A DNA stretch of 64,000 nt, taken from assembly GCA_030704615.1 (NCBI GenBank), contig CM060731.1:81096001-81160000 (forward strand), read 5' to 3'. The notes beneath the pieces are model-generated. The model was not told the DNA's origin, searched no databases, and saw only the letters and a list, made by a program, of their open reading frames with translations. Below are positions 33,891 to 47,007 of this stretch, piece after piece. The DNA is from Takakia lepidozioides. Its lineage: Eukaryota > Plantae > Bryophyta. The position numbers and the translations under genes are program-made. Each line of letters opens with the position of its first letter. The first letter of the stretch is position 1.

Positions 33891-36800
33891 AGCTGTGTGG
33901 GCCTGTGCTGGTCTGTGGTGGCCCGTGTTGACTGTGGATGGCCTGTGCTGACTTGTGGAGGCAATGGTGGACTAAGGACTGGCATGTGGTCTGGAAGGCC
34001 GAATTTTGAAGCTCGTGGAGGGCGGTTGAGGAGTATCTTCATGATATTCCCATGGTCATGCAAGTTCAGGTGTAGGCTATGTTAGGAACTTAGTATTCCA
34101 AACCATAAGCCGCAAAAGGTTCTCTACCCGGTTACCTTGTGGAGAGGGGGTTAGGGACATGTTCATGACCGGTTGAGTGTCACACGGAGGTGCCACTAGT
34201 TGCTGGGGACAGTGCCGGTTCGAGCACTAGCGATACTAGTGGGTACACGAGACGAGGTGTGCGGTTTAGGCCACCTTCACCTCCTGTGTCTTCCACGGAG
34301 GTTCTGATTGGCTTGTGAATCAGGAGGGGCTCATACCGGCGGTGCAAGTTGTTTCTTTGCCATTGTTGTGGGACACAATGGAGGAGATGTATGGAGCTAC
34401 CAAGGGGCCACGAAGTACTCTGGGCGGTGGGCACCATTGAGTTGGATGATTTTATCCAAGAGTTTGATAGTTGGTGTGATTTGCAGCAAATGCGCAATCC
34501 ACAACTATTTACGCCGTTCAATGGCATGGAAAGGCTGTTTCAGCAACCTTGAGGGGCCGCCTATGGATGATTACCATGAGTTCAGGCGGGGGCATGAGGT
34601 TGAGATCGAGGAGTGGAGGATGTACTGGTCACCCGACTATGTCTCCATCACTAGGGGCACTAGAGCACGAGGGCAGTGGCTACACCTGCCGCTGCAACCA
34701 CCGGCAGCTTCTTTCGCAAGTAGCGTGGACTGGTGGTACAGTAGCTACGACCATCCACCCAAGCCACTACAGCACCAGCACTAGCACCCGTGCCTGCCTC
34801 AACCCTGTTGTGGAGTTTCTTCGAAGAGTTGAGAGGGAAACTACCAAGGGGTGAGGACAGAGAAGTTGCGGAGCTTGCAAGAGTTTCCAACGGAAGCCGA
34901 CCGAGAGCTTGAGGGAGGCTTTCACTCGCATGAGGCGCTTGATAAATGTACCCAAGGGGGTTACGGAAGCTCAGGCAGTCCAATTCTGGTATGGGATATT
35001 GACAAGGAGGAGCTGAGGAGAAGGGGTGCGGGATGCACTCTCCTACAATCGGCCCAACCCACCTTAGCAAATGTGTTTTTGCTGGCAGAGCGGATAGAGC
35101 TCAACATGGTGGAGGAACGAGTGATGGGGGCATTGGATGCTAAGGAGACACCACGGGGTAGTGGTGCTCCTAGCCAACCACTACCTCAACGTGCTCAAGG
35201 CAACAAGGGGGCTCAGGTGAAGCTCAGGAGGGCAAGAGAGGGAGAGAGAACTCAGATGCAGGGGTCTCTCCCTTCATTTGCTGGCCAACAACGGGCGGAT
35301 GTGGTGTGCTGGACATGTGGAGGACCCCATGTCAAGAAGGATTGCCCAGAGGGAGGCAAAGGGCCGGCACATGCACAGCCTGCACAGTTGCAGTGTGGGC
35401 ATGGTGGCAAAGCACGGGCATGGAGAGGCCCCAGTGTTATGGTTTGCATCCTGGTGTGCGCCCAGGCCAGTTCAAGGGAACAATGGTGGCCGGGGGCGGG
35501 AGGGGAGCAGCCCAGAGAGGACGGGTGGGGTGGCCAGCCACGAGGTGCAGGCCAAGGGCAAGCTCAACGTGGCCAAGGACGCGGAGGTCAGGGTGTTGAC
35601 CAAGGCATGGCCAAACGGCTTCAGCAGCTAGAGCAGAGGCTCGCTGCCATGGCTACAGCTCAGGTGGTACCGGCTCTAAGGCCGGATGGTCCACCTCCTG
35701 CTCCTGAGGGAGGAGATATGGAGGCATGGGATTCATGTGTGGAGCAGCACTACCACTAGTGCAGGTGGAGTCTGCTGCAGCCGTGACTCGAGGAGCAGCA
35801 CGAGTTCCTGAGCACGAGGTGCAGAGGTGGAGTTGGATCCATAGCGTGGGGAGGCAAAGCCGTCAGGCTAGGCTTCTCAGTCATTCACATTGGCGGAGAC
35901 AGTGTCGACGCCATCCATGGCACCTAGTTCTCGCCCGACTATTACCGAGGCGGAGGTTACTATGCCATTGGGGAGAGCTACACGGGCAGCCCCACTACCT
36001 AGTGTTGCCAAGGCTACGAAGCTAGTGTGTTGTTAGGAGCGGCCACCTCTGTGTGCCAGGCTCCATTGGTTCTCGGCTACATGATTGCGACGCCGGGATA
36101 AGACGACAGCTGAGGTGTTCAGGCTGGCGCTACACTCTGTGAGAGTGGGGAGGTTACTTCCTCTTCTGCGGAGATAGTGGGAGGTGTTAGTGCCGGAGGG
36201 ATCCTCGGATTTGAGGGTCAAGACTGCCACGGCGGCGCCATGGCAAGCTGCGCTGCAGGTTGATGGAGGCTGCCAGCTAGGCCAGCCATTGAGCGCGCCA
36301 TGGTGACACCTGGAGTTGTCATGTGAGACAAACCAGGATGGCATTTCTGTTTGAGTGGACCGGCAGGCAAGAGTGGTACCGGCCACTGCGAGTCTTGTTG
36401 GACTCGGGAGCTCAGCCACTGATGCTGGGCAGAGCTTGCTATTGCAGGTTGGGCCTCACGGAGGCGGATATGGAGCCTTGTCCTTTCCAGATACAGACGT
36501 CTCTGGGAGGATCGGAGCAGGCTCGGGCATCATGACACGGCATAAGTTGGCTATCAGACTACGGCCGGATCACCTACAGATGGCTCAGTGATGCGAGCCA
36601 AGGCCATTGTGACAGATGCAGTCTCATACGATGTCCTGGTTGGTGGGAAGTGTTGTACCCCATGGGCTTCACCTGGATTTTTGGGAGGAGTCAGCTCCTA
36701 TAGGCCTGCATGGCAGTCAGGGGAGGGCCGGCGTGTGCAGCTCCTGTGACGTTCATAGGAGGAGTGCGGTTGCCCAGCGAGGCAAGATGCCGACACTAGC

Positions 36801-39800
36801 AGCATTCACAGCGGCAGTGAGTTGGCCTAGAGAGTTGCTTGAGGGCAATGCTCATTCAGAGGATGTACCACCTCCGGGAGAGCAGGATGACATGTATGGT
36901 ATGGCGGAGTTGCCTACCATGGTTGCTCAGACTCCATTGTGGGGGGCACGAGCAAGGATTGCAGCGGGATGCTGATCGGCGGGGTGCAACCAAGCCTGGG
37001 TGGAGGCTTTTGTACCGTCAGGAGAGGAGGAGAGTGTGGGGATTGCACCAGGACCACCTCAATTGTCTCCATTGGACACCACACCTATTGGGGGCAGTCT
37101 CCGGATGAAGGCATTTGTCTTCTGGACTTGTTTGGCGGGATCAGCACCGGATGGCTGATGTGTTACAGGCAGGTGTACGAGTTCGGCGTTACCTGTATGT
37201 GGAGAGGGATGAGACTGCACGACGCGTTTCACTTCGCCATGTTGCTCAGTTGGTGCCGCGGTACCCTGAGGTGTTGTCGGTGTCTGCAATTCGTGGATAT
37301 CAGCAGGCCTTGCCAGCAGACATTTCGTTGCTGGGGGCGCAGGATTTGGAGCGGGTTGGCTCCATTGATCTGGTAGTGGCAGGTTGGCCCTGCCAAGGGC
37401 ATTCATCAGCCGGGCATGGCAATGGATTGCGAGACTCGAGGTCGGTCGGGTCTGTTTTGGGAGATGGTGCGGGTTTTGCGCCACTTGCAGCTTCATCAAG
37501 CTGTATCTCCAGCATACATCTTGGAGAATGTGCCACTGATGGGCGATTCTCGGGTCGGGCCAGGTGATGGCCAGTGTGCATCAAGTCCGGTCGTGGCTTG
37601 GGTCAGCAGTGTTGCTAGATGCCGCTATAGTGGGGTCACGGGCTCATCGTCCACGGCTATGGTGGACTAACATGATGCCACCCGCCACTGCTCAAGCGTG
37701 CATTTGATGGGGTGCAGCGGCCAGCACATCTCACAGTGGATAACATTCTGGACACAGGGAGGCAGTCTCAACGTGTGAGAGACACGATGACCGTTCGCCT
37801 TTGGCAGTGGTCAACAAGGTGGGGTCAACCACGAGCAGCATTTACCTACACTGCTCAGCTTCCCAGGATCGCATGCTTTCCGGGATAGTGGACCTGGCCT
37901 CCTGTGGGAGCTCAGTTGCAGCAGTTAGTGGAGCCTAATGCTGACGTGCGTGAGCGGGCAATGGGTTTTACACCTGGTGACCACGGCGGTGTCGTCTCTT
38001 TCTGAGGCATCACGTCGTCAAGTGTTGGGGCAAGCAATGGATCTCAATTGCTTGACCGGATTATCAGCTTGGCTCTAGCTGAGCAACGCAGAGTGCGGAA
38101 TACACTTCCCTCAATGGTCTCTCTGCCTACCGAGACGGTCCAGGCAGGGAGTGGGGGGCGAGCATATGAGGACCACGGGGTGCATGCATCCATGGACACA
38201 CGTGGGAGGTGCTCGAGGTTCAGAGGGAGTTGGCAAGCCAAGGCGGCTGCTGTGATGGATGAGGTTGGGATTCTTCTCGGGTTGAGGAGGTTCTCAATGA
38301 TGATGATGAGGGGCAGGATGAGGCCTTGTCATTGACTGAGCAGGTAGGAGTACTGCTCAAGAGGTTGCAGCATAGCACCACGGGGACGCGTCCTACCTCT
38401 CTAAGCCCACTGGACTTAGGTTGTAGTACGGAGGACAATTGGGAGCCTGACATTGGACCCATTGTCACCGGGAGGAGAGAGACGACGTATACGGCGGTTC
38501 CTGAGGGCTTACAGGAATTGCTTTGCCTTCAGTTTGAAGGACTTGGGAGCACTGAAGGGTCAGGAGATCCGTATTGAGTTGGCCACTGACACACCAATCT
38601 TTTCGGAGACCCTATAGATACAGTGACATGGAGAGGTCTTTGATTCAGATGAGGACTCAAAGATCTCTGGGAGGCAGGCTTTGGTGGAGCTCTCGGTGGA
38701 GAGTATGCTTCAGCCACAGTGATGCCAGCCAAGAAGGATTGTCTATGGCCATTGACGGAGAGACGTATGTGCGGTGATTACCGGCCTGTTAAATTGTCAG
38801 ACCAAGTCCGATAAGTATGCCATGCCAACACTAGAGAATCTTTGATGCCATCGGGCATGCTAAGGCCTTTAGCACTTTGGATTTACGATCCGGATATCAC
38901 CAGTTGCCAATCAAGGAGGCGGACAAGCAAAGACGGCATTCTGGGGGATCAATGAGCACGGCAAGGATTGCCTATATCAGTGGCGGTTCTTACCATTTGG
39001 GCTTCTAAGAATGCTCCTGCAGAGTTTCAGAGAGTCATGGATAGGATTCTAGCAGGGTGGACTTTGCTCGGTGCTACATAGATGACATCATCATCTTTAG
39101 TGTTACGATGGAGGAGCATGAGAGAGAACCTTCAGGTGGTATTGGAGCGCTTGAGAGCGCACGGATTGAAGTTGCATCCGGGGAAGTGCAAGTTTTTCAC
39201 AACCAGATTGAGTATCTGGGTCACATGATATATCCTGGAGGATTGGGGGTACACAGACTAAGGTAGAGGCCATTGCACAAATTTCCACGCCACCACGGAT
39301 GTGAGCCGAGGTTCGAGCTTCAGGGGTTGGCAAACTATTATAGACGGTTTGTCAAGGGATTTAGTACCATGCAAAGGCTCTAACCAAGCTGACCAAGGTG
39401 GACCAGGAGAGAGTGGCAGTTGGAAGATGAGCAGGAACGAGCTTTTCAAGAGCTCAAGGCGAGGTTGACCTCGGCGCCTATCTTGAGACGCCTATCAGGG
39501 GGCGTCCCTTTCAGCTGCATACGGATTGGAGCATGCTGAGGCTTGGAGCGGTGCTCACACAGGTGGATGATGAGAAGAGAGTTCGTAGTGGCTTACGCTA
39601 GCCGCTCTCTCGAACAACGAGCAGAGGCTAAGTACAGCTCATATGAGGGGAGTGCGAAGCTGGCAGTGGGGCCGTGGCACACTTCAGGTGCTATCTATAC
39701 GGCAATCTTTTCACCCTTGTCACGGATCACAGCCACTCAAGTGGTTGATGAGTCAGACAAGCTTACGGGGAAAGCTTGCATGGTGGGCACTTATACTCCA

Positions 39801-40020
39801 GGAGTATGACTTTCAGTTGTGCATCGACCCGGGTGGTCAATCGGGATGCGGATGGATTGAGTCGCAATCCATGCATGAGCCAGCAGGATGACACTGGAGC
39901 TCGGGGCATGGTGAGACGGACGAGGAGATGGTGCCGGGATGGCACGCATCTGCATTTTTGTGTATCTTGGCATCGGGAGGTCAGATTGGACCTACAACAG
40001 GGATGACTGTAGACGGAGTG

Positions 40021-40063
40021 TAAACCCTAAATCCTAAACCCTAAACCCTAAACCCTAAACCCT
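40021..40063 (+). repeat. Interstitial plant telomeric repeat, (TAAACCC) x ~6
   Basis: TAAACCCTAAATCCTAAACCCTAAACCCTAAACCCTAAACCCT; absent from copy 1 at ~11190. Confidence 0.92.
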
Positions 40064-41833
40064 GAGGTAGTGATGAGCTAGGTGGTGCCAGAGATATACA
40101 TGAGGAGGATTCGGCTGTGTTGGACTACCTCCGCACGGGAGACATGGCAGCATTGTGACTGCCAAGGAGAGGGATCGGATCCTGCAACGAGCCAAGAGGT
40201 TCAAGTGGGAGGGGGATACACCTACTTCGAGTGTGGGAGGGGTGGGTCGGTCGGTGGTAAGGATTGTGCCTCACCCCACACAGCGTGCACGGTTAGTGCG
40301 GCATGCCCATGAGGAGTTGGGGCATTTTGGAGTGCGACGCACTCACAGTTTACTGCAGGGGCAGTATTGGTGGGTGGTATTGTATGCATACAGAGGTGCA
40401 ACAGTTTGTGGCTAGGTGCATGGTGTGTGACAGGATGCGTGCTTTTCATTCAACGCCCCTACCCCACAGTTGCATCCTTTACCTATCATGGGATTGGGCT
40501 ACAGATGGAGTCTTGACTTCGCAGGACCGTTGCCACTGACTATGCGCCACCACAGATATGTGTTGGTGATGGTGGTGGAGCACTTCTCCAAGGGATTGAG
40601 TTGGTTCCATTGCCTGACAAGGCTAGTGAGGGGCTGCGGCATTCTTCTTGTGGATCGTTGCTTAGCCGATTTGGTGCTCCAGTTGAGGTACTCACGGACC
40701 AAGGGAGAGAGTTCTTGGGGAGTTTGGGAGTTTCAGGCTTTGTGTGATAAAGCCTTGATAGACCACCGCACCACTTCTCGGGATCATCCTGAGGCCGATG
40801 GCTTAGCAGAGAGAGTTGTTCAGACGGTGAAGAGGGGTTTGCGGCAAGTATGGCTTGCAGAAGGGACACCTAGGAGATTGGGATCTTCAGGTTTCCTTGG
40901 TTAGCCAGGGGCTACAGGTCAGCAAACAAGCATCACTTGCCTCCTTCTCACCATATTTTCCTTCTCTTTGGCCGAGAGCCGGATTTGCCCTGCAGCCATT
41001 CGTAGGGACACTGCTCAAGTCCGTAACCTTGACGATCCGGACGTGTGGGTACGTGCATGTGATCAGCGTGAGAGTTGTTCAAGAAAGTCATGCCCATGGC
41101 TTTTTGAGAACCTTGCCATTGCAAACACCCGTGATACGTTGAGGTATGCCATAACGTGGTGGAGGATATCGTCCTGGGGGTTCGGGTGGTTTAAGCCCTG
41201 GTGACTATGTTTATTTGCAGCAGACTGCTCCTACGACTCTGGATGTTACTGTAGGGCGTGTTATTCTGAGATTCGAGAGGTGTGCCCTCAGGGGTCCTGA
41301 TCTTAGAGGGTCGGGATGGCCATGACTTGAAAGACCATGTGCGTAATTGTGCGCCATGTCACCTTCCCAATGTCGATGGCAGAGTTGACCCAAACTTGGC
41401 AGTGGTACCTGCAGGTTTGAGGTGCATGCTCTGTGGGTCTGCCAAAGGGGCAGCCACCATGCTGGTGTGTGATCGGTGCTCAAGGGGTTGGCATATGGGA
41501 TGCTTGAATACCACCTCTTGAGAAGGTTCCTGACGGAGAGATGGTTGTGTCCACACTGGTGGGATAGTGGCAGTGGACATGACTGGAAGGCAGCTAACAA
41601 GACATGGGAGGCCAAGCTCATAGGAGTCAATACATGAGATCCCAAGCTCAAGTTCACAGGTTTGCAAGACGGCGACTAACGATGGGGCAACTCTTGCACC
41701 CGGCCTCTTGATCTATCGAGTTTGAGTGTGTAGGGATAGTGGTGGAGGACTTAGTGAGGCTATGGTCACTATCACATCTTGTGGCTACCTGGACTTAGAG
41801 GGACCTAAGCACCAGCTGGGGGGGCGATTGTGT

Positions 41834-41945
41834 AGACTAGTGACTGCCATAGTGGGCAGCGTAGTGGCAGCCTAGTGACTGACTAGTTGTAGCCTAGTGG
41901 TTGGACTAGTGGCTGGACTAGTGGTAGACTAGTGGTATACTAGTG
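41834..41945 (+). repeat. (GA)CTAGTGG tandem expansion inside B of copy 2
   Basis: Repeated CTAGTG units replace the single CTAGAC region of copy 1 B. Confidence 0.75.
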
Positions 41946-42021
41946 TGTGGTGTGCACATGTGTTGTGTGGTTTTGGAACAACGATTTGTAGTTGTTGTAG
42001 CGATATGTAATGCGCCCGACA

Positions 42022-42260
42022 TGGACATTTGGTACAATTCCAGCTCTGAAGAATGTCGCCAAGGACCTCTTTCCTTTTTCCATAGCTGCAGGGCAGAGAG
42101 TGGTCAGAATGACATTTGGTACAATTCCAGATTCTTTGATGATATCCCCATGCACCTCTTTGCCCTGTCTAGGGCTGCCAGGCTTGCACAAGCATTGCAA
42201 ATGCACACCAAAGTGGGCCGGGCTCACCCCTCCCCCATCATTTGATCATAGGTCTCCAGG
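42022..42260 (-). pseudogene. Continuation of the PPR pseudogene after copy 2
   Basis: GKEVHGDIIKESGIVPN motif; matches the 32380-33290 repeats. Confidence 0.8.
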
Positions 42261-42674
42261 ACAAAGAAAACAAAAAATATGTTCATCTTGAGAATTATCA
42301 AAAATAATATTGTTTCGATACCCTTACAAAGGTATCATGTTGAAGTGGGGATGTTGTGTTCCATATAAGTTTAATATATCAAACTCTTACACGTTGATTG
42401 GTATATGTACATAGCCTATATTGGCACCAAACATCCACAAAGAGACAATCCCGCTTTTTACAGCGATTCATGACCTTTCCTCTCTCTCTCCCCTCTATCA
42501 CTCTCCCTTAGGCTTATCTTGGGCTCAACCTTACCACGGGCAAAGATTGACAGAGGACAGCAAAATAGACGGGCAACATGTATTTTTAGCTACCTTTGGA
42601 TGCATATATGTATAATTTGGATATGTACATATATATAATATATACAAGAAATAAGTTAAAAATTATAGATTACA

Positions 42675-43174
42675 NNNNNNNNNNNNNNNNNNNNNNNNNN
42701 NNNNNNNNNNNNNNNNNNNNNNNNNNNNNNNNNNNNNNNNNNNNNNNNNNNNNNNNNNNNNNNNNNNNNNNNNNNNNNNNNNNNNNNNNNNNNNNNNNNN
42801 NNNNNNNNNNNNNNNNNNNNNNNNNNNNNNNNNNNNNNNNNNNNNNNNNNNNNNNNNNNNNNNNNNNNNNNNNNNNNNNNNNNNNNNNNNNNNNNNNNNN
42901 NNNNNNNNNNNNNNNNNNNNNNNNNNNNNNNNNNNNNNNNNNNNNNNNNNNNNNNNNNNNNNNNNNNNNNNNNNNNNNNNNNNNNNNNNNNNNNNNNNNN
43001 NNNNNNNNNNNNNNNNNNNNNNNNNNNNNNNNNNNNNNNNNNNNNNNNNNNNNNNNNNNNNNNNNNNNNNNNNNNNNNNNNNNNNNNNNNNNNNNNNNNN
43101 NNNNNNNNNNNNNNNNNNNNNNNNNNNNNNNNNNNNNNNNNNNNNNNNNNNNNNNNNNNNNNNNNNNNNNNNNN
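42675..43174. other. Assembly gap (500 N)
   Basis: N run. Confidence 1.
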
Positions 43175-44007
43175 AAAAACAGAGAAATGGCAGGGAATCC
43201 AACTTGATTGTCTGTCGATAGAACCCAACTTGATTTTGCAGCTGTCGCATGGACTGCGCCCTCGCCTCGCGCAACAAATTCTTGGAATGCCGGCCAAAAC
43301 CCCTTCTCATTGACATTCGGAAATGGGAACTGAGGAATAAGGCCATGCGGTAGCAGAAGGATTGAGCCTGGAGTTCTCTTTCGCAAGATGAACCTTGAGC
43401 TCCGGTTTCCCCGGTTTGCAATGTTGATTTTCTTTGCAATAGGGACAGGTAGAGGCGGGCTCAATCGCCGCTTGTCTCTCTCGTTAGAAACCTGCCGAAT
43501 AGAAGGACCAGGGACAGAAAACAGCAGGAGCACTAGAAGATGGAACCTCTGTAGCAGAAATAGCCGAAGAAGGTACAACAGCAGGCACTTCAATAGGATC
43601 TGCAATCTCACCCAAGCCACCCTATTTTGCAGAATCCATGCATGATATGCATCAACAGAAGAAGCTGGAACAGAATTCATCACATTTTCAACAGCCATGG
43701 CATGCTTGAGCTCCGCATCAGGAAACGGTTTTGTTCCTTTCGGTCTGGCCATACATGCGGCCGTTCCATCGACAATATGCCGATTCAATCTGCTCTTATC
43801 TACCTTTACTGCCCCACAATAAGGACATTTGAACTTAGGCCGGCCCTTTGCTCCCTCCACCTTGGCCTCTCTACACCTGGTGTGGCAGTACGCGATCATT
43901 GTAGCATGCTCATGCTCAGTGTACCAAAAGCGAACTCGTTCGCCATCCCTTTTCAAGTGATCAAATGGAATAGTAGCCTCTCCAGGGAACAAATAACAAT
44001 CAGCCAT
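43175..44007 (-). CDS. Unknown protein with putative Zn finger, running into the gap
   Basis: Open from ATG 44007; FKCPYCGAVKVDKSRLNRHIVDGTAAC (C2HC-like spacing). Confidence 0.4.
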
Positions 44008-45327
44008 GACAAAAGAAAAAGCTGACAGAAGAGAAGAGAAGAGCAAGAGCAAGAAAAGACAAGACAAGAAAAGACCAAGACCAAGAGAATTCCGAAGAAT
44101 GCACAACAGGGAGCACGCACAACAAGGAGTGCAGGAAGAATATGAATGGCTGCGAGAAGGGGAAAACTGAACAATGATCAAAGAACGAAGAACGAAGCTA
44201 GCTAGATGTCACCCGTAAGGCACGTCGGTTAAGCGAAAGACGGCGGTTCATTAAAATCTGGCGGCTTGCAATCAATTATATCCGCACTGACTCACACGTG
44301 TATGAGTTTGCAATCCCGGTGTCACCCGGAATAGCGGAGTGTAACCCGTAACCCTACACTTGTGAGCGCGACAAACCGGCCATTACTCGAATGCCAGGCA
44401 CGTCGAGTGTAACCCTCCGTCAGGTACCCAGATATGATGTAACCCTTCGTCACAACCTCATGTACCCCTAGTCTATGTGACTCCCGAACACAACATCGAT
44501 GTAACCCTGTCATATCAAACCATTAGTATGCAACCTCCAGGTAAACATGGTCAATGTAATGCCCACCCATGTAACCCTAGCCTATGTGGCTCCGCGAGCG
44601 CAACATCCACGTAACCCATCAAACATGTCAACCCATCTAAACCTCCATTACTAAACCGTCTACCAAGCTAGCATGTATTGAGAAAGAAAACACCGTGTAA
44701 CCCCCTGTGTGTAACCATACCACACGTGAGGTAGTCATATAAACCATCAGACATGTAACCGGTTGACAGTGCTTGCAAAACACGCATGATTCGATACGTA
44801 TTGCATCCATAATAGCGATGAGTAGGCTGCCCCGGCTGGTGTGTGAACAAAAGATACACGAGAGGAGAGTGAATGGGCACCCCGTCAAATGAGCGGCTGC
44901 TTGCATGGCTAGACCGAAAGAAACAAAACCCTTTCCTAATGCGGATCTTAGGAATACCATAGCCATCGGGACGGTGACAAAACAACAAGAATGACATTGA
45001 GAAAGAAAAAGAATAGAGACAACCGTATCAATCGTAGAGAAAACCGTGGTAATAAATTTGACGGATCGTTGCACGGAAAGAGTTGTCTTGTATGTTGCTG
45101 GGATGACGATACTGAACTGAATGAACTACAAATCTTTCGCATTGATGTGTGAAGCCGATTGGGCACCATGGGAATTGCAGAAAGCTGATGCCCCAAAGCA
45201 AAAAAACGAGTGAGCTAAGAATCTGGAAACGGATGGAGAGAGCAAATTAGGGTTTCGGCCTCTATTTAAACCTCCATTCGGCCGTCGGATAGTTTACACG
45301 TGTATGATGTACACGAGGCGGTGATAC

Positions 45328-47007
45328 TGAGGGTTACATGGTGGTGAGGGTTACAGAGGGTCAGAGAGGGTTACATGGAGTGAGGGTTACAGAGGGTCAG
45401 AGAGGGTTACATGGAGTGAGGGTTACATAGGGGTGAGGGTGACACTCTGCGGTGTTACAGAGGGTTACATGGTGGTGAGGGTTACAAAGGGTCACAGAGG
45501 GTTACATGGGTTACAGAGGGTTACATAAGGGGTGAGGACGACACTCTACGGTGTTACAGAGGGTTACATAGGTTACAGAGCCACAGAGGGTTTGTGAGGG
45601 TTACATGGAGTGAGGGTTACATGGTGGCGAGGGTGACACTCTGCGGTGTTACAGAGGGTTACATGGAGGTAAGGGTTACACCTGGTGAGGGATATAGAGG
45701 GTCACAGAGGGTTACACGGAGTGAGGGTTACATGGTGGTGAGGGTTACAGAGGGTCAAAGAGGGTTACATGGAATGAGGGTTACATACGGGTGAGGGTGA
45801 CACTCTGCGGTGTTAGAGAGGGTTACATGGTGGTGAGGGTTACAAAGGGTCACAGAGGGTTACATGGGTTACAGAGGGTTACATGGAGTGAGGGTTACAT
45901 AAGGGGTGAGGGTGACACTCTACGGTGTTACAGAGGATTACATGGGTTACAGAGCCACGGAGGGTCACAGAGGGTTACATGGAGTGAGGGTTACATGGGG
46001 ATGAGGGTGACACTCTGCGGTGTCACAGAGGGTTTGTGTGGGTTACGGAGGGTTACATGGTGGCGAGGGTGACACTCTGCGGTGTTACAGAGGGTTACAT
46101 GGTGGTAAGGGTTACACCTGGTGAGGGATATAGAGGGTCACATGGGTTACAGAGGGTTACATGGTGGTGAGGGTTATAGAGGGTCAGAGAGGGTTACATG
46201 GAGTGAGGGTTACATACGGGTGAGGGTGACACTCTGCGGTGTTATAGAGGGTTACATGGTGGTGAGGGTTACAAAGGGTCACAGAGGGTTACATGGGTTA
46301 CAGAGGATTACATAAGGGGTGAGGACGACACTCTACGGTGTTACAGAGGGTTACATAGGTTACAGAGCCACAGAGGGTTTGTGAGGGTTACATGGAGTGA
46401 GGGTTACATGGTGGCGAGGGTGACACTCTGCGGTGTTACAGAGGGTTACATGGAGGTAAGGGTTACACCTGGTGAGGGATATAGAGGTCACAGAGGGTTA
46501 CATGGAGTGAGGGTTACAGAGGGTCAGAGAGGGTTACATGGAATGAGGGTTACATACGGGTGAGGGTGACACTCTGCGGTGTTACAGAGGGTTACATGGT
46601 GGTGAGGGTTACAAAGGGTCACAGAGGGTTACATGGGTTACAGAGGGTTACATGGAGTGAGGGTTACATAAGGGGTGAGGGCGACACTCTGCGGTGTTAC
46701 AGAGGGTTACATAGGGTTACATGGGTTGCAAAGTGTTACAGAGGGTTACATGTAGTGAGGGTTACATAGGGGTGGGGGTGACACTCTGCGGTGTTATAAG
46801 GGTTACATGGGTTACAGAGGGTTACATGTAGTGAGGGTTACATAGGGGTGGGGGTGACACTCTGCGGTGTTATAGAGGGTTACATGGGTTACAGAGGGTC
46901 ATGGGGTTATATGGGTTACAAAGGGTTACATGGTAATGTGGGTTACACTCGGCGGAGTTACAGAGGGTTACATGGGGGTGATGGTTGAACCCGGGGCGGG
47001 GGTTACA
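45328..47007 (+). repeat. GAGGGTTACA-based satellite with higher-order structure
   Basis: Continuous GGGTTAC units with GGGTGACACTCTGCGGTGTTAC spacers. A long block at ~45577 recurs at ~46365. Confidence 0.95.

Larger units (their letters stand above)
33295..42021 (+). mobile_element. Second, frameshift-ridden member of the DNMT-encoding Gypsy family
   Basis: Colinear with ~5360-13020 from ~34175 onward (gag, DSG, GWPCQG, YIDD, integrase, PHD, PPT, B). TG start and CGACA end. Flanks TGAC / TGGAC restore the PPR sequence CAGAATGACATTTGGTACAATTCC. Confidence 0.9.

Noticed and set aside
42596-43439. Long ORFs spanning the N run
   Set aside because: Artefacts of translating Ns.
45594-46769. Repetitive ORFs (RVTWSEGY...) and the 284-aa ORF at 33209-34063
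   Set aside because: Translations of tandem repeats.
45328-47007. True telomere or vertebrate-type TTAGGG array
   Set aside because: The unit is GGGTTAC(A) with spacers and is internal; the plant-type TTTAGGG repeat is seen elsewhere (40021).
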